DNA from: the human T2T-CHM13v2.0 reference genome, Homo sapiens
DNA: 64,000 nucleotides
Assembly: GCF_009914755.1 (NCBI RefSeq)
Contig: NC_060945.1
Reading direction: 5' to 3' (one strand)
Shown: one piece after another, positions 18,848 to 33,981 of the stretch
How positions within the stretch are numbered: position 1 is the stretch's first letter
Layout of the letters: every line of letters begins with the position of its first letter
The notes under the pieces: generated by a model
What the model was told of the DNA's origin: nothing
What the model saw: only the letters and a program-made list of their open reading frames with translations
Databases searched by the model: none
Position numbers and translations under genes: made by a program

Positions 18848-21600
18848 TTTGTTTATCACTCAATAACACCAAGTCTGTACCAGGGATGTTGGCCGACTCC
18901 TCAGCCAGGAGGGCATCAAGAATCAGGTCCCAGCAATGGTGATGGCCACGGGGCACACAGCTGTCCCTGCCTTCCCTGTTCTCCATGCCTTCTCTAAGTC
19001 TGAGTACTTCCTCCTGCCTCAGCCCTCCCTCGGGAGAACAGTCCACCTGTCACTGAGAACAGAATTCTCGATGTGGAATACTGTGGTTAGCGGGCATTAC
19101 ATTAAAATATACAGGATACAACAAGCTTTAACCTGTCAGCATGGCATGACACTCGTTTTAGAAAGCAAAATAAAAAAAGAAGAACAACAGAAAAACTACA
19201 TAGGCGATGCGAAAGGCTCAAATAATGCGTGACACAAGATGTTAACAGCTGTTTAAGACCCGAGCTGTGCAACTTCTGGGGCCGCTATCCATCCTGTGTT
19301 CCAATGGAACCTGGACTCCCCCTTGAATGGTTCAATACAGAGGACCTGATTATGGATCTCTGGGGGTGAAACTGCAAGTGCATTTTATTTATTTTCTCAG
19401 TAACTATTTGCAGTTTTAAGACTATCCAGTGGAAACATGCATTACTTTATTATCAGAAAAAAATCTTTTTATTTGTATTTATTCCCTTATTTGTATAGTA
19501 TACAGATAAGATATAGTAAGAGTTGACTGTCATACCAGCTCTCATGTCTGCCTCTGAGGCTGGAAATCAAGGGCTGTTTATATGGTTCTCTGGTGCTATG
19601 TTACTCAGAAGATTCAAAGGAAGACTGAGGCCACCACCAGGTGGAAGGTAAGAGCCTATCAATGACTTGGTTTTGTGGTACTGTGTCCCACCTCCTGGTT
19701 GCCCATTTTTCACAGGTAATTGGAAATAATGGGAAAGCCTTAAGACAACTTTGAGAATGAGTTAGAAAAATCAGTGGAAGTGGATTTAGCCTATCATCAC
19801 TCACACAGTACAGAGACTCAAACCGTGACAGGCAGCTGGGTTCAAAAACTGCCAGAGATTCAGCACAGTTTGAAAATGACAATTTTTTTGTTGTTGCAGT
19901 TTTACAAAGGAAAACAGGATAGAGTTATTTCCATGTAGTTGAGTATTGTTACATGCTAAAAGATTTCTTCCAGTTATTTTTAGCCAGTTTATTTGCTGTT
20001 TGATAAGAATAGGAAAGTTTAGTGAAAGTCTTATGATTCACAGCATTCTGAGAAAAAAAAAAAGTCTGGTAAATTCTAAGAAGAAGTCTACTAGTCAGAG
20101 CTTTCTCAGTCCCTTTACAACAGCTGGTGGCTTGCTTAAACTGTCTTATGGAATTTCAGACATATCTCTAAAAGGTAAATACTATAATGAATGTCCTACA
20201 CTTGATAAACATTTGGAGTGCCTTAATTTTCCCACCTGTTTACAGGGACTCTTACTAAGAGAACAGGCTGTTGCTAAGGTACAGGGTGGCTGTCAGAAAC
20301 TTCTAGCTTCAAATATGCCAATTAAATTACTCTTTGGGGAAGCTCGGCTCATCACGTAAAATCACTCGAGGAGTTACTCTATGATTGTGATATGCAGTGC
20401 TTCTCATTTAAAATCCCACTACACTCCCCATATCCAGTCCCTCTGTGTGTGGTGATAACAACATTCTTGACTTTTAACACTTCGCCAACAACTCTATTAA
20501 TCAAAGTGTGTGTCTACAGGAGACAAGCAAAGTAGCTGTATCTGACTCATTTTCATTCAAGAAAATGTTCAAAATGATGCAAAGAACCACACACACACAA
20601 AACAAGATATAAAGTCACTGCTGCAAAGTGAACCACGGATATGATACTCTTAAACTGACTTGTGCTTTTTTCCAGATTCTTAAAGATTTACTGAAGGAAC
20701 TTTTTTACTAACGCACTTCATGCTTGCATTTCAAAAATGTGTAACGCATTTTATAAGCTACTCTGTTAATCTCAAAGATGAATGAGCATCGGCTAGGCTT
20801 AGCTATCAACTGATCTGAAGCCCATGCACGAGGGGACAGTAATGACACTCATCCCACCTGATTTTGAGATAAGCAATAAAGAGTGAATATTCTAGCAAAT
20901 AAAATCTTCAATTTGAAAGGTTAGATGCCATTTCTCAGAATGTGCTACTGCCTGGGACGTCCATGATGAACATGAAAAATACCAGTGGGAGCCCCGGACT
21001 CACTGACTTCACGGAGGAAAAGTAAAACAAGCCAAGGTTGTTTTTACCACTTATTTGCTCCTTCTTGCTTCATTGGAAAAATCAAGTGGCTCAAACAAAA
21101 TCGGCTTAATTCAGATATAAAGTGCTTAAATGGTATTTGATAACCAGTGACCCCAGATTCAGGAGAGTTAGCAGCCCTTTCACATTTCCAACACCACACT
21201 GTCGAGTTTGTATATATGGCCAAAGAAAATGTGGATCTGTGATGAGGACTATGTGTCAAGATTATTTAAAGCAAAGAGCGAGTAACAGTCGTTAGGCTGC
21301 AGTAAGAGAATTCAGGAATCACTAGGTATATCCAGGAAGAAGCGTTTTTAAAACTGTTACATTGGAAACATCAGATTGGTGGTTATAAAGGGAAAAAGAT
21401 ATATTTTATCTTATTGTGTTACCAAAATATCAACTTTAAATATAATACAAAAAATATTGGTCTAGTGGTAATCAAAAGAGGAAAAAAATATTTTGCCCTA
21501 CTATTACTAAAACATAAATCACAAATACAAAGCATATTATCAGAGAAGTTACACTTTGATTGGAAAAAAACTTTCTATGTTAAAATAACAGCCACAACTT

Positions 21601-21927
<327 letters not shown>

Positions 21928-22112
21928 TCAACACCAGTAGCAGATTTCAGAAAATAGTCCTATGCATCATTAAAGCATATAGCTCTTCTATTTGTCTTAC
22001 GGGTAAAAAATACGGCATTTACAACTTTACATACACACTGCTGTATTTCTATAGCAGGCAAATCACGTACTCTAATGTCCATCTTACATTTGTGAATATA
22101 ACTTGCATCTAC

Positions 22113-22416
<304 letters not shown>

Positions 22417-23146
22417 TAACTTACATTCACAGGAGACTGTTGGAGCTGCCCTCTGGACAGCCTATCACAGAGCAGCTTTCTCTGTACCCCCTCGCCCCTC
22501 CACTCCTGCATACAGACCCTTTTCCTGAACTGCTCTCCTAGAGCACCAATCCCTGGACCTTTGTAACCAAAACCCACCGGTATTTGCTAAATGTACCTGT
22601 GGAAAAATGGGTACAGTTGAGTCACTTTTATTTTCCTAAGTGGAGCCACCCTACATGGAGAGAGTATGTTTAATCTGGTTGTAGAGAAGGGGATGGAGTA
22701 TGGACGCAGTGTGGGTCCCAGCAGATTCCATTCTAGGAATTTCAACACTGATTTATTTAATTTCTGACTCACACTGTCAGGCAGGGAAGAAACCATGAAC
22801 TGTGAGTATTTACCATTCTGAGTCACTTCTATTTGCGAAAGCAAATCACCATTGCTTTTGTAACTTTTAGAAAAGAAATAAATCAATAATGAAATTACTA
22901 AAATGGAATATGCTGACAGCCACACTGCACCCACACTTTAAATGGGAATCAATATGCTATTTATAAATCAAAAAGAGAAGGGAAAAGATCTCAAAAGTCT
23001 GTTTTTGGATTATTAGAATAACTCTATTATGTATTTCAAATGCAAATTGTAATGGTAAAAAGATCCCAAGCATAGGTTAATTGAAATCAAATTAAAAATG
23101 TTAACTAAACAGTTTGGCATTTAAATATGGAGACAAACAACATTTT

Positions 23147-23335
23147 AAAATTAGTATTGCTGTTGTTGTTATCATCATTATTATTATTTAAAGATAGAGT
23201 CTTGCCCTGTCGACCAGACTGGAATGCAGCGGTGCAGTCATCGCTCTCAGTAGCCTCAAACTCCTGGGCTCAAGGGAACCACCTACCTCAGCCTCTTGAG
23301 TCACTCAGACCACAGGTGCAAACCACCACACCCGG

Positions 23336-23418
<83 letters not shown>

Positions 23419-23538
23419 TTATAGAGACAAGGTCTCTTTATGTTGCCCAGGCTGGTCTCAAACTTCTGGCCTCAAGTAATCCTCCTGCCTAGCCTCCCAA
23501 AGTGCTGGGATTACAGGCATGAGCCATTGTGTCCAGCC
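23147..23538 (-). mobile_element. AluJ SINE with linker expanded into (TA)n-(T)n
   Basis: Antisense J-type arms; linker 23338-23412 is a TA repeat plus T run; TSD aga(c/a)aaacaacatttt. Confidence 0.88.
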
Positions 23539-24444
23539 AGAAAAACAACATTTTGACAAAAGGAATGATGGCAAAATGCTACATTTCTAAGGTAAAATTT
23601 TGGTTATTAAAAATTTTAAATTTGGTAAAATGGCCTGAACATGGATGAGCTCCCTAATACCTAAAACACAAAGTTATTGTTGTTTCCTCTTTGTACAAAA
23701 TTGCAACTTGTGCAGTTGGTTTTTTTCTCTAAAATTCTGCATATTTTTGGAAGTTGATGTCAGTCCGTGAGTGTCACTTGTTACACAGGCAAGGGAAGAA
23801 CTTTCATCAGGCCCTCAGTTTCCAAGAGCACAGTCATTTGCAGCCATAAATTCCAAGAAAATAAAACAAAGTAGAATTCAAAAGGAGTTCAGGCAGTGAA
23901 TCCTAATGCCCAAGATGTCAAACCTCTCTAATCTTTCCTACTCGTATATTGATTAGCAAAGGGTCTTTTTCCAAGACCCTTTTCTTTTACACTGGAGAAA
24001 TAACGGCTAGATCCTTGCCAAGTGGCCAAAGGAGATTTGATTTTCTATTTTTCACTGGGAGGAGGTGAGGGGATGACAGCTCCCCATTGTTCCTCTCACT
24101 CAGAGCCTGGGGCCTGAGCCTGGTTTTCCAAAAGGCCTGTACAGTACTTTCACCCCACTGGCAAATGCCAATATGCAGTGGGTTCAGAATGATGAGGAAA
24201 ACCAGACACAGACATGGACCCAGTCAATAAGCAGCATTTCACACACAGTGACCACTAGCTAGTAAAATTTCTATGAAAGAACTCATATGTAATCACATTA
24301 AAAAACAGGAACGAGGCCCAAGCACAATGCCATCCTACTCTGTGAAGTTATAAAAATTTTATACATGCATTCTGAAACCAAACAAAACTAGAACAGAAAG
24401 CAAACTTTATTACACATGCTTTGATCTTTCTCTAAAAGAATCTA

Positions 24445-24731
24445 GGCTGGGTGAGGTGGCTCATGGCTATAATCCCAGCATTTTGGGAGGCCGAGGCAGG
24501 CGGATCACGAGTTCAAGAGATGGAGATCATCCTGGCTAACACAGTGAAACCCCGTCTCTACTAAATATACAAAAAATTAGCCAGGCGTGGTGGCACACAA
24601 CTGTAGTCCCAGCTACTCAGGAGGCTGAGGCAGGAGAATCACTTGAACCCAGGAGGCACAGGTTTGCAGTCAGCTGAGATCGCCCCACTGCACTCCAGCC
24701 TGGTGACAGAGCGAGACTCCATCTCATAAAA
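24445..24731 (+). mobile_element. AluSc SINE
   Basis: 'caagagatggagatcatcctgg', 'agcctggtgacagagcg'; TSD aaaagaatcta. Confidence 0.9.
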
Positions 24732-25032
24732 AAAGAATCTAAAATTGTCCCCCCCCAAAGCACTCTAAAATAAATAACAAAGAAAGCACTATAAAATCAC
24801 TAATGAGTATAGCCAGGTCCAATATAGAAATAAACACTATATAGGCTAGGCTTCTAAAAAAAAGACTATGAAATTGAAGGGAAAATTTATTAATTCAACA
24901 GAGATAGCATTTTTATGAGGAATTTTCTAGTGGCATTTTAGATATGACTGGTTGTTACATTGTAATAAGTCCACCTTTTAGGAATTAATATACATCAATT
25001 TTTAAATAATAAGTTGCTCAAAATGTTAGTAT

Positions 25033-25532
25033 TGTTGACCAAAATTAAGACTGTTGAGGTTTGATAATGGTTTGATAAACATTTGTTCGAAATCAAACGT
25101 GACGATTGACAAAGGTTTATTGAAAACTAAATGTGAAGATTGACTCAGGAAGTCAACAGAAGTTGGGTGTGTTCCAGAGTCAGCTAGGAGTTGGAAGGCC
25201 TCTATAAGAAAGTTTAGAAGGAAGAGAACTCCTCACACCAGAGCTGTCCTTTTTCATTGGAGGGTACATTACAGAAGTTACAATCATTGGCTACAGATGG
25301 CAACATACAGGTTAAAGTGTCCATGTGCAAGACCATCAGCCAGACTTTCTTCCCATTCTGAAACAAATCAGGATCCTTTTCAGTGTCTGTAAGTTACATA
25401 GTAAACAGTATGCCAACAATTGGAGAACTCCTGATAAGACCCTACCCAGGGACCGCATGTTGCCATGAATCACAAGACTTCTGCCAGATGGGTTAATTTG
25501 GAAGCCTGCCAGATCTGACCCATAGGTTATCA
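25033..25532 (-). mobile_element. Probable ERV1-class solo LTR (family uncertain)
   Basis: 500 bp bounded by TG...CA with 4-bp TSD GTAT; antisense AATAAA ('tttatt' ~25116); internal ~34-bp tandem duplication. Confidence 0.6.
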
Positions 25533-26311
25533 GTATTGTGCTTATTTACGTATTAGAATAAAAGCAAGAAATTTATGTTTGAGAAAATCATGTCATGTTT
25601 CTTTTATAGTTTAAAAATTCTACAAAATTCCTGACCTTTAAAAAATGTATCAGACTTGTTTTTGCACTGTTCACATATGTGTTAATAATAAAGGTTGGAT
25701 TTATTTGGGAGAATAATAAAATTATATTCATTTGTTTAATTCTCTTCATGGTATGTTGCTTTATAGTTCATAAAATGCTTTCACATTTTCTCAGTTACTT
25801 TTGAGAAAAGAGGAAAGCAGAACAGATATGATACTATCCTTATTTTATAGATAAAGAAATAGGAATTTTGCCACAGCCCTCAAGTTAACAGGGCTGATAA
25901 AAAGTGACATTAAAAATATATTCACATATAGATAAAATTTTAAATACAAGAAATTCAGCTTAATGTAAGTTATTACATTAATTTCTTGATTAGAGTATCC
26001 ATGTCACAGCTCTTATTGAAAACAAATGTCATAAATTTAGCATATGTTACTTAATAACAAAAATATTCAAAATGAATGTGATTGTGGTTAACTTTATCAT
26101 TTCTCCAAAGAAAAGGTTTCCTTGACTACAAACATGGAAAAGATGAAACTAGAATCACTAATGTTGTTTTCAGTTCTAATATTCATGAGTCTACAAATTT
26201 TATAATTCTTTATAGAGTAAAGTTACAACCCTGCACTTCCAGTAAAACACTCTCTTTGCACCTCTGCCTATACATAAGTCACTCTTTCACCAACCTACAA
26301 AAAGTATTCTC

Positions 26312-26780
<469 letters not shown>

Positions 26781-27487
26781 TCAGCGATTACACATAAGAA
26801 GAAATTCCCTTGCCCATCTTATCCTGAGTGAACCTTGTTCTTTCTTACAAAACTGAGTCTATTTTCTTTCATATCTGTTATTCCACAAACACTGACTTCA
26901 CACCTACTCTGGGAAGTCACCCCACTGCACACTGGGGATACAACAGCAAGGACAGAGGTAGGTTTACTCTCCTACTAAATCTTATCTCTATTACTTCACG
27001 TCATTGGAAATTATGGGTATCTTGTGATGTTCTGGACTCTAAAATGTCAGAGACATGTGAATGAAGGAGCGAAACGTGGTGATCCTCAAAGCCTGTAGGA
27101 GAAGTGGGAGAGGAGAGAGTGGGAGGCTGTCTTCACGTTTGCGGCATTGTTCTGTCTCCATCTATTGCCAAGGGCCAGTAGAGGTCAGAATATTCTTAGC
27201 AGATTATTGACTTCTGATTATTTGATTAATCAATGATAGAAACTGTTGTCCATTTGTCGATTTGTACCGTTGCTCAGTGAAGTTATCATAGTAAAGTTAT
27301 AGTACTGTATAGTTATGCGCCATAAGAGTAACAGTGCTCTGACCTCCCTCGTTCACACCTGGGCAAGGCCTCCCCCGAGACCCATTAACGGCACAACTGC
27401 GTCCCTAGTGGCCATTCCCAGAACTGCAGGGGAGGGAAGGGACCATAGAAAATTCTCAGCTTCGACGCTTGCCCATTTCCTCCACTA

Positions 27488-27776
<289 letters not shown>

Positions 27777-27961
27777 CTTACATCGACTGCATAGAAAGAG
27801 GAGAGAACATAACCTACCTACCCCGTACATACTTCAGCCCAGGTCCTGTGCCTCATCTGTAATATGAATGAAGAGACATGGAGAACAGAAAAGAAAAAAA
27901 GAAAGGAAAATCTATCTTGGGAACAACAACAACAAAATCTAAGAACACAACTATGCATATA

Positions 27962-28378
27962 TGTCTTAGTCTGTTTGGTGCTGCTGTAAGGGAATACATG
28001 AGGCTGGATAATTTACAAAGAAAAGATTGATTTGGCTTATGGTTCTGTAGGTTGTACAAGAAGCATGGCACCAACATCTGCTTCTGGTGAGTGCCTCAGG
28101 GAGCTTCAAATCATGGTGGAAGGTGAAAAGGGAGCAGGTGGGTCACCCAACCAGAGAAGGAGCAAGAGTGATGGCAGGAAGTGTCAGGCTCTCTTAAATA
28201 GCCAGCTCTTGCATAAACTAGTAGAAAAAGAACTCGCTCATTATCACAGGGACGGCACCAAGCTATACATGAGGAATCTTTCCCCATGACCCAAACACCT
28301 TCCACTATGCCCCACCTTCAACATTAGGGGCCAAATTTCAATATGAGATTTGTAGGGACAAATATCCAAACTATGTCA
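27962..28378 (-). mobile_element. MST (MSTB-like, MaLR) solo LTR
   Basis: tgtcttagtctgtttggtgctgct...aatatccaaactatgtca; 'gcatggcaccaacatctgcttctggtgag'. Confidence 0.88.
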
Positions 28379-29889
28379 ACATGGTGTTGAATGAATGGAC
28401 AGAATAAAAGCAAAATAACATATTAGAGAGAGAATTTAAAAATAAAAAAACTGTATGTAACAACAACAACAACAACAAAAACAAGTGAAGTCAAAAATAG
28501 TCAAAATACCCTCCAGGCACCAGATCACAGATTGGGACAGAAAACAGAAAGGCACTTCATTAATTTTCAAGGCTTTGCACTCAAAACTGCTACATAAGCA
28601 ATGCAGTGACAGATTGCATACAGAATTCATAAGGAACCTCCAAGGCCATTTGTGTGATCAGGACAGACAACCTGGGCATGAACTTGAAGGCACACATTTT
28701 TCGTCAAAAATGTGCCAAAATGAAAGCAACCTCCCAAAACAATTTAAGAGAAACAGTGGCAAGTGCAAAGAAAACTGGACAGGTATGGTGAACCCTACTC
28801 CTTATTCCCAAAGAAGTATAGGAAAGCTGTTGCAGAGCCCTGCATGCTCAATTTACAATTCCTGGATCAACGTTTTTCCACCCTGTTTTCACTGAGCCAG
28901 GGAGCCATCCAATGCTTCATCATCCCAGGGAAAATGAACAAGGCCATCTTATTAATTGGACTACATCACCCTTTTTCCTCTTAAAACAGGGCTCACTGTT
29001 AGAAACTCACACTGGATTAGCGAGAAAATGCTCCAGGCTTCAACTTAGCACATCAGAAAGTCAGAGCTTAACTCCTAATTTAAAATAAACCCTGTATTTT
29101 TGGTTGTTTTCCTTTTTGACATTGCATAAAATGGATTATGCAATAAATAGCAGACAGACTATTCACGTTGCACCAGTGCATATTCTAATGTTCTGCAGCA
29201 ACATCTAATGGTGTAAATAAGATGAAAAAACTAACGATCCTTTATGAAAGATTTTTTTTCTTTATGGGGCATAATAGCATGCACAAATGGACCCTGCAGA
29301 ACAATTTGCTTTCATTCCTTATTTTCGCTCTTATACTAGTAAATGTGGGATAAATGTATAATGTCTGTTAAACATTCATAATTATTAAACCATCAACGGA
29401 GCTTATCAAATCCCACATATTCCTCTCCAATGAGCTCTTTAAAGGGAACAACTTTGATTTAGAGTATAAAGATGTGGAATGGGTCAGCTGATCATTCTGG
29501 CCCCAAACTGCGGCAAGGGTGTTGTCTTGGAAGGAAAAGGAAAAGCTAAACTAATGCAGCCTATAGCTTGTGACGAAAGGACATTTTTCAAATTTTCAGA
29601 AGCGAAGTTAAGAAAAGATTACTTAGAAACTGGCACTGCTTAAAAATATTGGTACATCAGTAAAGGCTACTTCTTATTTCAGAATATTAGTAGGGTAATT
29701 CCTACTATAATCTGAAAACTAAAGAAGTATACATTTACAAGTGTTGACGTTCCAGATTTTCAAAAAGACTGCGAATTCATTTAAGAAAAAATAAAAATAA
29801 CTTTTGCACACTGCTCCTTTTCCTTGAAAAAGAGTTTTTGCCTAAAGCTATAGACTACATTAACTTATTGTTTTGAAAAAAATATATAA

Positions 29890-30165
29890 ACGAAGGAACA
29901 GTTATACGAATAGTACAGTAACTGTAGCATACCTTCCACTTCCACTCACCACTTGATAACAAGTTGCCTCATTTTCTCCACTGCTTTCCCTTTCTCTCAT
30001 TCTAATGAAAACACTTATTGTTACTGCTGAACAATTGGAGAGTAAACTGCATACATGATGTCTCTTTCTCCCCAAAGGTTTCAACATTATCTTCTGAGAA
30101 CAAGGACAGTCTTTTATACAACCACGGAACGGTGATCAATTTCAGAAAAAAATTAAAATTTAACT
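29890..30165 (-). mobile_element. Old L1 (L1MC-like) 3' fragment
   Basis: 'ctgaacaattggagagtaaactgcatacatgatg...gaacaaggacagtcttttatacaaccac'. Confidence 0.5.
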
Positions 30166-30964
30166 GTGATGGTCTTTGATTTTAAGAACTTAGAGGAGTG
30201 TTGTAAAACTCCAATTGAAGGTAAAAATACTCTTAAAAATTGCAGTCTTTTCTGACTCCTCACTCAAAACAAAGTAAAAGCCTCATGAGGGCAAAGATTC
30301 AACTTTATTCCCGGGTGCACAAGCCCTCCCAGGAGAGCTTCACACTCAGCGCACTCGTAGGCAATGTTAACTGATTTCAAAAATTATTCTTCAAACAATA
30401 TTTAATTATTATGAAGTATCTCATGTGTCTAGTATAATACATGAAATCATTCTTGACTATGTTTAACGTCAAGAAGGTTGTTATGACCCACATTCTTGGG
30501 AACATGATATACTTTTTAAAGGACTCTACAAAACTTTCTTTTTTTTTCATAGATAACCCTCAAAGATTCACCTAACTCTTGACTAATTTTGAAATATGTT
30601 CTGCATGTGTGCCACTAATTTGGATTTTAACATCCAGTGGTAGCGTCTAATGATAAGGTAGTTCACATTTCAGACTGATTAAAGGATCATTTAATAATTT
30701 TATTCTTTTATCTCCCCCACCATACACACACACACACACAAATCTTTCAAAAGAAAACCAAGCACTCTCTCCAAACTGACCTCTATTAAAATTAATTTTT
30801 TTAATAACTGCTTGGTTTTATCACTACTTCCCCAAATGCTAATTAATTCTAACTCTAAACTATGTAATTATAATACTTCTGCTGAAATACAAATTATCTG
30901 GTGCCCCTGGGGTGAACAAGTAAGAATGTATTTCATGTTCCATTCAACAGAGGAAATGCGATGT

Positions 30965-31345
30965 TTCTCAGACCATGGAAACAATGTAGCAGCCTCCCTG
31001 GCTCCCCTCCCCCAAAACACTGGCAGTTCCTGTTTCTTCCTCTTTAGCAGGAAGACAGGAACAGAGTTGACAGTTGGCATCCAGTCAGTTTAATGCCTCT
31101 CTCCATGGGGCTGTGAGGAACGGTGGCATGCCCAGTTATTTTTGGCCAGGCACGGCAACACACAGAGCCTTGAGGAGCCTTCATTTAGGCAGTGGCGGCC
31201 AATGTACCTGCAGAATGTGAATTGACGTTGCCATGGAAATAGAACAACTCTTCCCGGTTCTGTCAAAATGCATCTCTATCTGCGACTAGGCAGAGGTCAG
31301 GAAGGAGAGAAACACAAGTGCCAGGGAGAACATTCGAGAAGGGAA
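30965..31345. promoter_or_regulatory. Candidate regulatory element (RFX X-box, CRE half-site, CCAAT, HSE)
   Basis: gttgccatggaaat 31227-31240, tgacg 31223-31227, ccaat 31199-31203, GAAcaTTCgaGAA 31328-31340; motif inspection only. Confidence 0.4.
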
Positions 31346-31464
31346 GGACTCTGCAGTGCCCCAGTGTGGGAGAAATTTGATGGGCTTTTTCTGATAACAT
31401 TCATATACACTATTGTGTTTCAAATCTGGATCTTGTTTATTCATTAGACAGTAGCAAATCCGGA

Positions 31465-31490
31465 TACACACACATGCGCACACACACACC

Positions 31491-31521
<31 letters not shown>

Positions 31522-32005
31522 TATACCTTATATATTTATATATACATATTCACCTTACTCTCTGTAAATATACATATATTATATATATACATATATATAC
31601 ACCATATATATACCTTACATACTAACATATGTATATATATATATACCTTATATACTCTGTGTATATATATACATATGTTACATATATATGCACTCACATA
31701 TATACCCCCACACATACCTTATGTGTATATATATATACCTTATATATTTACATATAAATACAAATGTACCTATTCACCTCATATACGCTCTCTCTGCATA
31801 TACATATATATGCACACATATATATGCATCCACACACACACCTTATGTGTGTATATATATACCTTATATATTTATATTTGTGTATTTATATATTTATATA
31901 TAAATGCAAATGTACATATTCACCTTATATACTCTCTCTGTATATACATATATATATACACACACACATATACCCACATACACACATCTATACACACACA
32001 CAAGC

Positions 32006-32046
<41 letters not shown>
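31465..32046. repeat. TA/CA-rich degenerate tandem repeat ending in (CA)n
   Basis: Recurring 'accttat' and 'aaatgtac(c/a)tattcacct' units; (CA)n at 32008-32041. Confidence 0.92.
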
Positions 32047-32047
<1 letters not shown>

Positions 32048-32962
32048 CATATTTTCTTCTGGGACCCAAAGCCAGCCTTTGCAGCCTACCATATAACATT
32101 GTTAGGGTCTCATTTTTCTCAGTTTTCACACAAGGTTGACTCAGGTAATCTCTAAGCCCTCCTTTTCTAATATGTCTATGATGCCATTTAACATTCTGTT
32201 TTCAGTCTTAATGTGCATTTAGCCCATTCTACCTGGAACTTCAACAAAACCATGAAAACAGGACAGTGCATGTCATAAGAACACATAAATAGGAGCTGTG
32301 TAAAAAACCAAAGTGCTTCCTCTCTGATCCCCTCTTTGGAATGTAGTTCTGGGGTGCTGCTGTGGGCACTGAGACCTGCAGCTGTCCCTAGGCTTAACTC
32401 TTGAGGTGGCAGGAGGAAAGTGACAGTGCTGTGTCCCTGGCAGACTCTCATTACTGGAAATTTGTTGCTGCTGCCTGTTCCTGAGTTCAGCCTGGGTCCA
32501 GCCCAGTGCTCTCATTTTTCATCACCTGTTTGGCCCTGCACATGGCTCTGAGTATGAGCTTTAGCCCAAATGCCAACCTCTGGGTCCCATGCTTTTCTGG
32601 CCTCTGCAGACTCTTGGTTCACAGAGACATGGGTGCTTCATGCAGAGGGTGGGCACACCTTGGGTCCAGGGACACAGGGGACCAAGGAGGGCACATAGAA
32701 CCTCCATGATGGGTATTAGTGAACCTCGATACTGAGTATTCCTAAACACAGAGTGAATAGCCGATATTCCAATTCAATAGGAATCTGTGTGTGCATTCCA
32801 ATGGACCCTTGAGTTCTGACCATTTGCAAGAGACCCTGAAGGCCTGAGATGCGTCCTGTCTTGCTGGGTGAGGCACAAGCCCAGTCATCTGCTGACATGT
32901 GGCAGCCAGTCTGTCAAAGAGCCTCGCAGACCATCTGCACATATTTTCAATGCAGTTTGCCC

Positions 32963-33575
32963 ATATATATATATAATATATATATAATATATTATATATT
33001 ATATATATATTATATATAATATATATATTATATATTATATATATTATATATAATTATATATATATAATATATATATTATATATTATATATATTATATAAT
33101 TATATATATTATATATTATATAATTATATATATTATATTATATATATTATATAATTATATATATTATATAATTATATATATTATATTATATATATTATAT
33201 ATATTATATATATTATGTAATATATATTATATTATATATATTATATATATTATATATATTATGTAATATATATTATATATATTATATATATTATATAAAT
33301 TATATATATTATATATTATATATAATATATATAATATATATTTTATATATATATTATATATTATATATATAATATATATAATATATATTTTATATATATA
33401 TATGTACACACACATATACACACACACATATATACATACACACACATATACACACACACATATATACATACACACACATATATATACATACACACACATA
33501 TATACATGTATATATGTGTATATATATGTGTATGTGTGTGTATGTATATATATGTATATATATATACACACACAC
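32963..33575. repeat. Large AT-only minisatellite (ATATATATTAT-like units) followed by a CA/TG-TA repeat
   Basis: 32963-33403 is A/T except for two G; CA-rich then TG-rich block follows. Confidence 0.97.
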
Positions 33576-33637
33576 CACCTAAAACCTTAAAATTTTACTT
33601 CATTGAGTTATAGGAAGAACATCCATCCATCATGATA

Positions 33638-33981
33638 CAACTGTGCATGGCTTAACAGTGGGATATGTTCTGATAAGTATGTCATTAGGCAATTTCATTA
33701 TCATGCAAACACCACAGAGTGTGCTTAATGCAAACCTAGATGGCATAACCTACTACACACCTAGGCTTTACTGTGTAGCCTATTGCTCCTAAGCTACTAA
33801 CCCATACAGCATGTTACTGCATAAATATTGTAGGTAATTGGAACATAATGTTAAGTACTTCATTTCTAAATATACCAAGCATAAAAGTGGTACAATAAAA
33901 TGCGGTATTATAATCTTATGGGACTACTGTCATACATGTAGTCCGATGTTGACTGAAATGTCACTATGTGGTACATAACTG
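33638..33981 (+). mobile_element. Tigger3a/MER7A (TcMar-Tigger) DNA transposon
   Basis: 'gcaaacctagatggcataacctactacacacctaggc', ~345 bp, TA dinucleotide on both sides. Confidence 0.85.
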
